Positions 24,235-35,694 of a stretch of DNA of 54,709 bases are shown one piece after another; within the stretch, counting starts at the first letter, position 1, and each line of letters begins with the position of its first letter. The DNA lies in the NCBI RefSeq assembly GCF_004010195.1, contig NC_057720.1, forward strand, positions 1,410,937 to 1,465,645. Reading direction: 5' to 3'. Below the pieces are notes generated by a model. It worked only from the letters and a program-made list of their open reading frames with translations. It did not search any database and had not been told where the DNA came from. The stretch is from Chiloscyllium plagiosum. Taxonomy: Eukaryota. The translations under genes were made by a program, and so were the position numbers.

Positions 24235-26710
24235 CAGGGCAAGAGTTATAGCTGGGGGAAAGGCAATTATGATGCAGTTAGGCAAGATTTAGGATGCATA
24301 AGATGGATGCAGGGGATGGGCACAATTGAAATGTGGAGCTTGTTCAAGGAACAGCTACTGCATGTTCTTGTTAAGTATGTACCTGTCAGGCAGGGAGGAA
24401 GTGGTCGAGCGAGGGAACTGTGGTTTATTAAAGAAGTTGAAGCTCTTGTGATTAGATTACTTAGTGTGGAAACAGGCCCTTCGGCCCAACAAGTCCACAC
24501 CGACACGTAACCCACCCATTCCCCTACATTTACCCCTTTACCTAACACTACAGGCAATTTAGCATGGCCAATTCACCTGACGTGCACATATTTGGACTGT
24601 GGGAGGAAACTGGAGCACCCAGAGGAAACCCACACAGACACAGGGAGAATGTGCAAACTCCACACAGTCAGTCGCCTGAGTCAGGAATTGAACCCAGGTC
24701 TCTGGCACTGTGAGGTAGTAGTGCTAACCACTGTGCCACTCTTGTCAGGAGGAAGAAGGCAGCTTATGTAAAGATGACACATGAAGGCTCTATTAGGGTG
24801 CTTGAGAGTAACAAGTTAGCCAGCAAGGTCCTGAAGAGAGAGCTAAGAAGAGCCAGGAGGGGACATGAGAAGTCTTTGGCAGGTAATATCAAGGAAAACC
24901 CTAAGGCTTTCTACAGCTATGTCAGGAATAAAAGAATGACTAGAGTAAGATTAGGCCCCTGTCAAGGATTGCAGTGGGAAGTTGTGCATGGAGCCCGAAG
25001 AGATACGAGAGGCGCTAAATGAATATTTTTCGTTAGTATTCACACAGAAAAAAGACCATGTTGTCGAGGAAAATACTGAGATACAGGCTATAAGACGAGG
25101 CAGGATTGAGGTTCATAAGGAGGAGGTGTTAGCAATTCTGGAAAGTGTGAAAATAGATTAGGCCCCTGGGCTGGATCAGATTTATCCTAGGATTCTCTGG
25201 GAAGCCAGGGAGGAGATTGCAGAGCCTTTGATTTTGATCTTTATGTCATCATTGTCTCCAGGAATAGTGCTAGAAGATTGGAGGATAGCAAATGTTGTCC
25301 CCTTGTTCAAGAAGGGGAGTAGACCTTGGTAATAATAGACCATACTTCGGTTGTGGGTAAAGTATTGGAAAGGATTATAAGAGATAGGATTTATAATCAT
25401 CTAGAGAGGAATAAGTTGATTATCCCTAATCAACTTATTCCTCTCTAGATGATTATAAATCCTATCTCTTATAATCCTTTCCTATACTTTACCCACAACC
25501 GAAGTATGGTCTATTATTACCAAGGTTATCTCTACTCCCCTTCTTATGTGAAGAGTAGGTAGTGCCTCACAAACCTTAATGAGTTCTTTGAGAAGGTGAC
25601 CAAACAGGTGGATGAGGGTAAAGCAGTTGATGTGGTGTATATGGATTTCAGTAAAGCATTTGATAAAGTTCCCCACAATAGGCTAAGGCACAAAATATGG
25701 AAGCATGGGATTGAGGGTGATTTAGCAGTTTGGATCAGAAATTGACTAGCTGAAAGAAGACAGAGGGAAGTGTTCATCCTGGAGTCCAGTTACTAGTGGT
25801 GTACCACAAGGATCTGTTTTGTGGCCACTGCTGTTGTCATTTTTCTCAATGACCTGGATGAGGGCATAGAAGGATGGGTTACTAAATTTGAGGATGACAC
25901 TAAAGTCGGTGGAGTGTGGACAGTGCGGAAGGATGTTGCAGGTTACAGAGGGACACAGGTAAGCTGCAGAGCTGGGCTGAGAGATGGCAAATGGAGTTCA
26001 ATATGGAAACGTGTGAGGTGATTCATTTTGGAAGGAGTAACAGGAATATGGAGTACTGGGCTAATGGTAAGATTCTTGGTAATGTGAATGAGTAGAGGGA
26101 TCTCAGTGTCCATGTGCAAAGATCACTGAAAGTTGCTACTCAAGTTGAGAGGGTTGTTAAGAAGGTGTACAGTGTGTTAGCTTTTATTGATAGAGGGATT
26201 GCGTTTCGGAGCCATGAGGTCATGTTGCAGCTGTACAAAACTCTGGTGCAGCCACATTTGGGGTATTGCATACAGTTCTGGTCACCGCATTATAGGAAGG
26301 ATGTGGAAGCATTGGAAAGTGTGCAGAGGAGATTGACCAGGATGTTGCCTGGTATGGAGAGAAGGTCTTATGAGATGATATACAAGATGATCAGTGGATT
26401 AGGTACAGTGGACAGCGAGAGCCTTTTTTCCTTGGATAGTGATAGCTAGCACAAGGGGACATAGCTTTAAATTGAGGGGTGATAGATAAAGGATAGATGT
26501 CAGAGGTAGATTCTTTACTCAGAGAGTAGTAAGGGCGTGGAATGCCCTGCCTGCAACAGTAGTAGACTCACCAACTTTAAGGACATTTAATAAATATATG
26601 GATGATAATGGAATAGTGTAGGTTAGATAGGCTTCAGATTGGTTTCACTGGTCGGCGCAACATCAAGGGCCAAAGGGCCCATACTGCACTGTATTGTTCT
26701 ATGTTCTATG
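24235..26710 (+). mobile_element. CR1 LINE ORF2 (5'-truncated), containing a SINE and an internal fold-back
   Basis: Continuous CR1 homology ending in a (ttctatg)-type tail at about 26700. Confidence 0.9.
24450..24739 (-). mobile_element. HE1-type V-SINE inserted in CR1
   Basis: Full tRNA-like head and V domain; flanking ctcttgt duplication. Confidence 0.88.
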
Positions 26711-27242
26711 GGTTGTAGACCAAAACTGGAAAAGAATACTGCTGTAAGCCCAGGACTACAAAATGAGTTGTTGCATTTTTAAAGACAAGTTGCGGATCTC
26801 ATTATGAGTTTTGCTTACACTGTTACTTTGTTCAAGCAATGTTAGAAGATGTCCATGGTGAATGACTGCACAGCAAGCTTTGCCCAGAGACAGACTATTG
26901 ATTGGTCTGCGCAATCTGGAGTTGTGGAGGCCAGTAGTAGTCATCACAGAGTCATACAGCACATGACAGACCCTTCGGTAGAACTGGTCCATGCTGAACA
27001 TAATCCCAAACTAAACTACTGATAGCCATGCTGGCCCATTACCGCGACACAGACTGACACCACACTATGCCCTGAGGGCAACAAGCCTGACTTGGAATGT
27101 GTAGGGTGTGGGACATGGTAACAACTCACTGGCTCCTGGGCAGCTCAACAGAGAATGTGTGCATAATACAGGATCCTCCAGAATGCAACAGAGAAAGATT
27201 TCTCCACTGTCCTCTGCAGTGAATTAACAAAAACCTGGAATA

Positions 27243-27381
27243 GATTGCCATTCCTGATGAAGGGCTTTTGCCCGAAACGTCGATTTTCCTGCTCCTCAGA
27301 TGTTGCCTGACCTGCTGTGCTTTTCAGCACCACTCTAATCTAATCTCTGGTTTACAGCATCTACAGTCCTCACTTTTACCT
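27243..27381 (+). mobile_element. Solo PLE pLTR (family A) with hammerhead core
   Basis: 13-bp TSD aaaacctggaata at 27230-27242 and 27382-27394; CTGATGA at 27254-27260, GAAACGTC at 27274-27281. Confidence 0.85.
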
Positions 27382-28854
27382 AAAACCTGGAATAACTCAT
27401 TATTCTCTTTCACTGTCTGCTACAAGGTATTGCCTCTAATGAGTGACTGAAAGATTGAATAATTTGTGTGCCGACTGTTCAGTTTCTGCAGTAAAGAGTA
27501 GACAGAACTGACATCAGAATTTGAAGTTAAAGTCTTGTTACCTGTGGACTGGTGCTTTAGAACTGTGTTTCTCCAGTACTTTTTTGCTCCATCCATAATA
27601 TCCAAGTTTATTTGTTTGTCTGTACTTATATGTCGGAGTATAAGAAGAGACTTTCAACTTGCAGTTATAGGTTGACAATTTGTAGTACTGTTTAACTCTG
27701 GTTAAGACTGATTTCTTTGTAATAAATAGTAGTTTCTTGTTAAGGGCAGAAATCTGGTCAGTGTTTCCTTTAGGTCTGAGTCCATCTGAGACAGCAAAAT
27801 TGGGAACTTTGAGTGAGATTTAAGTATCAGCATACTTTTCCAAGTGAATCATGACGCGTTCGCTTCATGCAGTCTAACCCTGTATCTTCCAGCTCCTTCT
27901 CTTCGTAGTGACAACACCCACATGTGGTCCAAAAACAAGAGGATTCCCACACTGCTGTTCTGGGGCAGGTGACCAACTGATTTGGATTTTCTAAGCAGGG
28001 TGGATCAGCTCCTTGGGGAAATAATATTAAGCAATGCTTTGGCAAGGGCACTGTAAATGGTCATGACCAAGATAGCAGGCATTAGGGCCAACCAAAGTTG
28101 AACTCAGAGATCAGGAGGAAAACATAGTGCATATCATGGATGCAGTCAATCATTACAAAGGCTGAACAGTCTCTCTCATTCCAAGGCAATTGTTCACCCT
28201 GCTTCTAGACCTGCCCTGTCTTTCATTCTTGCACCTAGGCTGCATTCTCAACTGGATTCCTTCTCTAGCTGGAGCCATTGATTCTTTACACATTTGGGTC
28301 AGGTTCTGTGCAGATGGAAATAGGACTGGTTCAGTTGATTCCACACAAATCAATCACCCTCCGCTACTCCTAACACTAACCATTCTGTGAAATACTGAGC
28401 TTATGTTAAAATCGATTGACAACAGGGTTGCAGCTGCCTGGTGAGGTGGTAGAAGCAGATGCATTAGCAACGTTTAAGAGGCATCTGGACATACACACGA
28501 ACAAGCAGAGAATACAGGGAAAAGAAGCAAGTCCAGGCAGATGGGATTAGTTTGGAATGGCATCACAGTTGGCGCAGACATGATGGGCTGAAGGGCATGT
28601 TCCTGTGCTATACTGTACTTTATTCTAAAGTATTTTGCAAAAGAAGCAAAGGCGATGTGAGAATTTATGGTTTCACACGAGTGGGAAGAATGTGGAATGC
28701 ACCGCCTGGAAATGTAGGGGTGACAGGTTCAATTGAGGCATTCAAGAGGGAATTGGATAATTACTTGGATAGAAATAGTGTGCATGGAATCGGGGGAAAG
28801 GCAGTGGATTGCCACTGAGTTCAGACAGATAGTGTAGACAGGATGGGCTGAATG

Positions 28855-30810
28855 CCCATAGTATTCAAGACAAAGTCGATGAACCTATTGTTCAAATCAG
28901 TATAAAGGGATATGATTTAGTAGCCATTACAGAAATGTAGTTGCAGGGTGGTGATGACTGGGAATTAAATATCCAAGGGTATCAGGTAATTAGGAAGGAT
29001 AGGTATGGAAGATAAGGGAGGTAGCGTCGCACTCTTAATTAAGGATGAGATTAGGGCGATAGGGAAAGTTGATATAGCATCTAAAGAGCAAAATGTTGAA
29101 TCCATTTGAAATAATATAACCTAAAACCAGGGTGTTAGGCTTAAACAAGGGAGACGATAATGGGATGAGAAAGGAGTTGGCTAAATTATACTGGGAACAC
29201 AAGTTATATGGTGGAACAGTTGAGGACTTTCAAAGAAGAATTAGTGAGACATCTGGATGGAAAGTGTTCCATCAGGCAGACACAGCATGGATTCAGGAAG
29301 GGTTGTGTTTGACAATCTTACTGGAGTTCTTTGAGGATGTAACAAGCGCAGTGGATGGAGGGGAACAGGTGAATGTTGTATACTTGATTTTCCAGAAGGC
29401 ATACGATAAGGCGCCACATAAAAGACTCATCCATAAGACAAGAATGCATGGGGTTGTGGGGAATATACTTGCATGGATAGAGGACTGGTTAATCGATAGA
29501 AAGCAGACGGTTGGGATAAATAGGTGTTTCTCTGGTTGGAGATCAGTGGTGAGCGGGGTGCTGCAGGAGTCGGTGTTGGGCCCGCAAATATTCATGATAT
29601 ATATAAATGATTTGGATGAGGAGACCTAGTGTAACATATCCAAGTTTGCTGATGACACTAAATTGAGTGGAAAGGCAAACTGTGCAGAGGATTGCTTAGA
29701 CTATAACTGGTGTCGTGTGATTTTTAACTTTGTACACCCCAGTCCAACACTGGCATCTCCAAATCATGTGCAGAGGATGTGGAGGTTCTGCAGAGAGATT
29801 TAGATAGGTTAAATGAGTGGGCAAGGGTCTGACAGATGGAGTACAATGTTGGTAAATGTGAGATTATCCACTCTGGAAGTAAAAATAGTAGGTCAGAGTA
29901 TTATTTCAATGGTGAAAGATTGCAGATTGTATTGTGCAGAGCAACTTAGGAGTGCTAAAAGTTGATTTGCAGGTGCAACAGGTAATCAAGAAGGCAAACA
30001 GAATATTGGCTTTTATTGAGTGGCACGGTATCTAGCATTGCTACCTCACGGCGCCAGGGACCCGGGTTCAATTCCAGCCTTGGGCAACTGTCTGTGTGAA
30101 GTTTGCACATTCTCCCCATGTCTGCGTGGGTTTCCTTCAGGTGCTCTGGTTTCCTCCCACAACTCAAAAACATGCAGGTCAGGTGAATTGGGTTACTCTT
30201 TGGAAGGTCACTGTGGACTTGTTGGGGCCAAAGGTGCTGTTTCTCCACTGCAGGGAATTTAATTCTAATACTAATTGCTAGAGAGATGGAATTTAAGAGC
30301 AGAGAGGTTCTGCTGCAATTGTCCAAGGTGCTAGTGAGGCTGTACCTGGAGTATTGTGCGCAGTTCTAGCCTCCTTACTTGAGGAAGGATGTACTGGCTT
30401 TGGAGGCGGTGCAGAGGAGGTTCACCACGTTGATTCTGGGGATAAGGAGATTACCCTATGAGGAGAGGTTGAGCTTCCTGGGAGTGTACTCGCTAGAAAT
30501 CAGAACAATGAGAGGGTACCTTATAAAGACATACAAAATTATGAAAGGGATAGATAAGATAAAGACAGGCAAGTTGTTTCTGCTGGTAGGTGAAACGAGA
30601 ACTCGGGGACATGGCCCAAAGATTCAGGGGAGTAAATTTAGGACAGAGATGAGAAGGAACTGCTTTTCCCAGACAGGAGTCAATCTATGGAATTCTCTAT
30701 CCAAGGAAGCAGTAGAGGCAGCTGAGACGATAGATAGATCAGACATATATTAATGGATAGCAGAGCAAGCTTGACAGGTCAAATGGTCTGAACTGTTCTA
30801 TTACTATGAA
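28855..30810 (+). mobile_element. CR1 LINE (endonuclease to 3' end, with deletions); hosts a PLE fragment (29693-29766) and an HE1 SINE (30019-30265)
   Basis: SGVLQESVLGPQIFMIYINDLD; the PLE fragment has a 12-bp TSD tgtgcagaggat. Confidence 0.85.
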
Positions 30811-30814
30811 ATGC

Positions 30815-31360
30815 CATCAGGTAGCTAGTGGAGTAGGATCATAGGACATAGAATTTATAGCAAAAGATCTTAGTGTCATACATTGATGAAATATATTGAA
30901 CAAACCTAGATTGCTTTTAGAGAAAGTGAGGACTGCAGATGCTGGAGATCAGAGTCCAGAGTGTGGTGCTGGAAAAGCACAACAGGTTCAAGCAGCATCC
31001 CAGCAGCAGGAGAATTAAGCCCTTCTTATGCCCGAAACGTCAATTCTCCTGCTCCTGAGATGCTGCCTGACTTGCTGTGCTTTTCCAGCACCACAATCTC
31101 AACTAGATTTCTGTTAAGTCTTTCATCTTCTAGAATGGGCTGCAAGTTTTGGTTCATTGATATGTAAATCCCAGAACTTCTTTCAAGTCACATTCCCGAG
31201 ATAACTCAAGGTGTCACAGAAAAGGGTGACATCTCAGCTCAGACAATGCATTAAAGGTGTGAGTCTGTACATCTCCACATTATGAAACTACGAGCAGCGG
31301 TCCAAAAGTTTGTACTTCCAAATAAACCTGTTGGACTATAACCTCGTGTTGTGTGATTTT
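30815..31360. mobile_element. Family B PLE derivative with a nested family A fold-back (about 30918-31102)
   Basis: Homology to 11050-11400; nested agaaagtgaggactgcagatgctgg...ccagcaccac. Confidence 0.75.
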
Positions 31361-31487
31361 ACACAATGAAACTATGAACACAACAACTCACTATCCCCCT
31401 CACCGCCCCCTCTGGGGCTTTTCCCTGCAATCTGTCTCCCTCCGCTCCCTCATCCTCCTGCCTCTGGAAACACTGCCTCCTTGTTTC

Positions 31488-31945
31488 ATGATGTGGAGAT
31501 ACTGGTGTTGGACTGGAGTGTACAAAGTTAAAAATCACATAACACCAGGTTATAGTCCAACAGGTTTAATTGGAAGCACTAGCTTTCGGAGCGCTGCTTC
31601 TTCATCAGGTGGCTGTGGCGTACACAATTGCAAGACACAGAATTTATCGCAAAAGTGTGATGTACCTGAAATTATACAATGAAAAATACCATGATTGTTT
31701 GTTAAGTCTCTCATCTGTTAGAATGGCCATGTAAGTTTCACTTCTTTCAAACGTAAATCACAAAACTTTCTTTAAAAGTTACAGTTTCAGGTTAACTTTA
31801 ACAATTGGTGTCAGTTGAAGGTGTTGGTCCCCTATGTTCTGTTGTCTCTGCCATAATGTTTAGACTGAATTGTGTACTCCACAACCCCCTGATGAAGGAG
31901 CAGTGCTCCGAAAGTTACTGCTTCCAAATAAACCTGTTGGGCTTT
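31488..31945. mobile_element. Family B PLE derivative with hammerhead motifs on both strands
   Basis: Minus core at 31577-31611; plus core CTGATGA at 31889-31895 and GAAA at 31910-31913. Confidence 0.8.
31577..31611 (-). ncRNA. Minimal hammerhead ribozyme motif (family B)
   Basis: CAC-CTGATGA-AGAAGCAGCGCTCC-GAA-AGCT-A-GTG: helix I CAC/GTG and palindromic AGCT helix III. Confidence 0.6.
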
Positions 31946-32079
31946 ATCCTTATTTCACTGTTTCGGATGGGAGCAGGCCAACCCCAGCGGGGGAAATCAT
32001 TCTGTATTTATTTCATCTTTAAAAGGGAGTCTGAGACATCGTGTCACTAAACGAGCAACTTGCTTCAAATCTGAGAGGT

Positions 32080-32520
32080 TTCTTACGGTTTTCGAGAAGC
32101 TCATTTGCTTGGTGACGGTGAGAGCAGAACCGCTAACCGATCCCGCCAAATTACAGCCTGCCCCGAGGGCTACATGAAAATGAAGCGATTAGAACCACAT
32201 CGAACACCGGAAGTGCCGGTCGCGCTCCTTCTGTTGTCCCACGGAGGCCACCGTCCCCTGCGGCCGTTAACGTTCACTTAGCGGCGCGCGGATTGTTTCC
32301 CCGGCAACCGCACCCCCACTCCCCCTCCCCCAGCCATGGACAGTTTCCGCGAGCGCAAGGAGCAGCGGCTGCAGGCCGGCGCCGATCGGAGCCGCGCGGG
32401 GGGAGTGGACCCGGAGATCAGGGCCCTCGTGGACACACTCAACCGCTCGGAGCGCTTCAGCACCACCAGCTCGTGTTCAGGCCGAGTGCTGCTGCTGGCG
32501 GTGAGGGGGCAGCGAAACAG
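32080..32520. promoter_or_regulatory. CpG island / bidirectional CRYZ-TYW3 promoter
   Basis: Most CpG-dense region of the window; ETS/GABP motif CCGGAAGTG at 32207-32215; possible CRYZ exon-1 donor (minus CC|GTAAGA at 32087/32086). Confidence 0.8.
32336..32500 (+). CDS. TYW3: tRNA wybutosine-synthesizing protein 3, exon 1
   Basis: MDSFRERKEQRLQAGADRSRAGGVDPEIRALVDTLNRSERFSTTSSCSGRVLLLA (DxSxxGxVD and TTSSCxGR motifs); Kozak gccATGg; donor GCG|GTGAGG. Confidence 0.95.
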
Positions 32521-32989
32521 AGAGGAGGGGAATGGGGGGCAGAAAGGGGGAATGTAGTGATCGGGATGGGGGCGCAGGGTAAGAAAAGGGCAATTTGGGG
32601 AAAGCAGCCACACTGTAGGTATTTAGAACAATGAAAGGATCTTACACACATTACTGAAGCTAAGCTCCCAGCATCATAAGCCTTCACAAGCCATCAGCAT
32701 TGAATAGTTCTTTGCGGAGATTAAACAAATGACTTATTTGTCTGACAGATGTTGTGCTTTGAAAAATATTTGCATGCTTCAGCAAAGCACTCAGATTTTA
32801 TTGGCCAACCAGTCACCCAGCTTTTCTGCTCCTTCCCTCTTTGTCAGCTGGAACTCAGTCAGTCACATTTGCTTGTAAAGTCAGGCTCATTTGGGAATTA
32901 AAACACAACAGCGAATGCTGGAGATTGGAAACAAAACAGAAATTTCTGCAGAGACTCTGCTGATATGGTAGCATCTGTGAGAAGAAAGG

Positions 32990-34675
32990 ACAGGAGTGGG
33001 AATTTGTGCTTGGAGTCCGAGGAGATAGGAGAGGTGCTAAATGAATATTTTTCATTAGTATTTACACTGGAAAGAGACAATGTTGTTGAGGAGAACACTG
33101 AGGTACAGGCTATTAGATGAGATGGGACTGAGGTTCGTAAGGAGGAGGTGTTAGCAATTCTGGAAAGTGTGAAAATAGATAAGTCCCCTGGGCCGGATGT
33201 GATTTATCCTCAGATTCTCTGGGAAGCCAGGAAGGAGATTGCAGAACATTTGGCTTTGATCTTTATGTCGTCATTGTCGACAGAAATTGTGCCAGAAGAC
33301 TGGAAGATAGCAAATGTTGTCCCCTTGTTCAAGAAGGGGAGTAGAGACAACTTTGGTAATTATAGAGCAGTGAGCCTTACTTCAGTTGTGGGTAAAGTGC
33401 TGGAAAGAATTATAAGATATAGGATTTATTATTAACTAGAAAGGAACAATTTGATTAGGGATAGTCAACACAGTTTTGTGAAGGGCAGGTCGTGCCTCGC
33501 AAAGCTTATTGAGATGGTTGAGAAGATGAATGAGGGTATAGTGGTTGATGTGGTGTACATGGATTTCAGTAAAGCGTTTGATAAGGTTCCCCATGGTAAG
33601 CTGTTGCAGTAAATATGGAGGTATGGGATTGAGGGTGATTTAGTGGTATGAATCAGAAATTGGTTAGCTGAAAGAAGACAGAGAGTGGTGGTGGCAAATG
33701 TTCATCCTGGTGTTCAGTTATTAGTGGTATACCATAAGGATCTGTTTAGGGGCCACTGCTGTTTGTCATTTTTATACATGACCTGGATGATGGCGTAGAA
33801 GGATGGGTTAGTAAATTTACAAATGACTCTAAGGTCGGTCGAGCTGTGGACAGTGCTGAAGGATATTGCTGCTTACAGAGGGACATAGATAAGCTGCAGA
33901 GTTGGGCTGAAAGGTGGCAAATGGAGTTTAATGCAGAAAAGTGTGAGGTGATTCATTTTGGAAGAAGTAACAGTAATACAGAGTACTGGGGTAATGGTAA
34001 GGTTCTTGCAGTGTGGATGAGCAGAAAGATCTCCGTGTCCATGTACATAGATCCCTGAAAGTTGCCACCCAGGTTAATAGGATTGTTAAGAAGGCATATG
34101 AACCATGGGGTTATGTTGCAGCTGTAGGAAACTATGGTGTGGCCGCACTTGGAGTATTGCGTACAGTTCTGGTTACCACATTATAGGAAGGATGTGTAAG
34201 TTTTGGAAAAGATGCAGAGGAGATTTATGAGGATATTGTCTGGTATGGAAGGAAGGTCTTCTGAGGAAAGACTGAGTGACCTGAGGCTGTTTTCGTTAGA
34301 AGGAAGAGGTTGAGAGGTGACTTAATAGAGATGTGAAAGATGATCAGAGGATTAGATAGTGTTAGCAGAGAGAGACGTTTTCCTCGGATAGTGATGGCTA
34401 GCATGAGAGGACATAGCTTTAAATTGAGCGGTGATAGATATAGGACAGATGTCAGAGGGGTAGTTTCTTTACTCAGAGAGTAGTAATGGCGTGAAACTCC
34501 CTGCCTGCAACTGTAGTAGACTCACCGACTTTAATGTCTTTTTAAATGGCCATTGGATAAACATATGGATGATAATGCAACAATGCAGGTTAGTTCAGCT
34601 TCAGGCTGGTTTCACAGGTCAGCACAACATTGAGGGTCAGAGAGCCTGGACTGTGCTGTAATGTTCTGTGTTCTT
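32990..34675 (+). mobile_element. CR1 LINE ORF2 3' half, inserted in an older PLE remnant
   Basis: KSPGPDVIYP...PLFKKGSRDNFGNYRAVSLTSVVGKVLE; PLE-like flanks at 32905-32988 and 34676-34730. Confidence 0.9.
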
Positions 34676-34789
34676 TGAAAGCAAGATAATATTTCGAGTC
34701 TGGCGATTCTTCATCAGAACTGTTAACAGCTCAGGAAAGGTGGTAATATATTGAAGTGACGTTTGTGGGAAGGGGTTGGTCTTGCACAA

Positions 34790-35277
34790 GGTGACTTACT
34801 TGCCGATTTACTTCCTCCAACCTCAGTATCCAAGGCCTCAGGCACACCTTCCAGGTGAAGCAGCAGCTTACCTGCACTTCTCTCAACTCATTTATTTCAT
34901 TCACTGCTCAGAATGTGGTCTCCTGTATATCGGGGGAGATGAAACACAGATTTGATGACCGCTTTGCTGAACACCTACACTCTGTCTGTAAAACATGACC
35001 CAGAGTTTCCCACTGCCTCCACTTCAACACACCACTGTGTTCCTACACCAACATTTCTGTCCCAGATCTGTTGCAGTGTTCCTTAACGCAAGTTCAAAGA
35101 ACAACACTTCATTTTCCATCTTCTCCTGCTGAACACTCTCTGCTCATTCCTGAAGAAGGGCCTGTGCCCGAAACGTCGAATCTCCTGTTCCCTGGATGCT
35201 GCCTGACCTGCTGTGCTGTTCCAGCAATAAAGTTTCAACTTTGATCTCCAGCATCTGCAGACCTCACTTTCTCCTCT
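34790..35277 (+). mobile_element. PLE GIY-YIG remnant followed by a family A pLTR
   Basis: ctcctgtatatcgggg (LLYIG)...tttgctgaacac (FAEH); pLTR at 35140-35277. Confidence 0.75.
35146..35181 (+). ncRNA. Minimal hammerhead ribozyme motif (best family A copy)
   Basis: ATTC-CTGAAGA-A-GGGC-CTGT-GCCC-GAA-ACGT-C-GAAT: helix I ATTC/GAAT, helix II GGGC/GCCC, GUC cleavage triplet. Confidence 0.7.
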
Positions 35278-35694
35278 GAGTTGAAGGGGACCTTCTTCAC
35301 CCAAAGGATTGTGAATCTGTGGAATTCTCTGCTCACAGAAGCAGTTGAGGTTACCTCATTGAATGTTTACATGGCCAAGATATGTTTTTGAACAGTAAAG
35401 GAATTAAGGGTTATGGTTGAGCAGGCAGGTAAGTGGAGCTGAGTCCACAAAAAGATCAGCCACAATCTTATTTGGGCTCAAGGGGCCAAATGGCTTATTC
35501 CTCCTATTTCTTATGAAATATACAAGTTGGAGGAGTATCGGTCATTCACTAGTCTTACTGTTTTTCTCTCTTTTGAGATGTAGGAGTAGTAGCTGCATAA
35601 TGTGGGGATAAAAGTAAACTGACAGTTGCGAGTGGAGGGGACTGTGTGACCCACTAAACCACAGCTGAGTTGCTGAAAACTTTAAGGGATGTAA

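Noticed and set aside
32278..32687. Overlapping ORFs around TYW3 exon 1
   Set aside because: Expected by-products of GC-rich sequence; only the 32336 frame has homology and splice continuity
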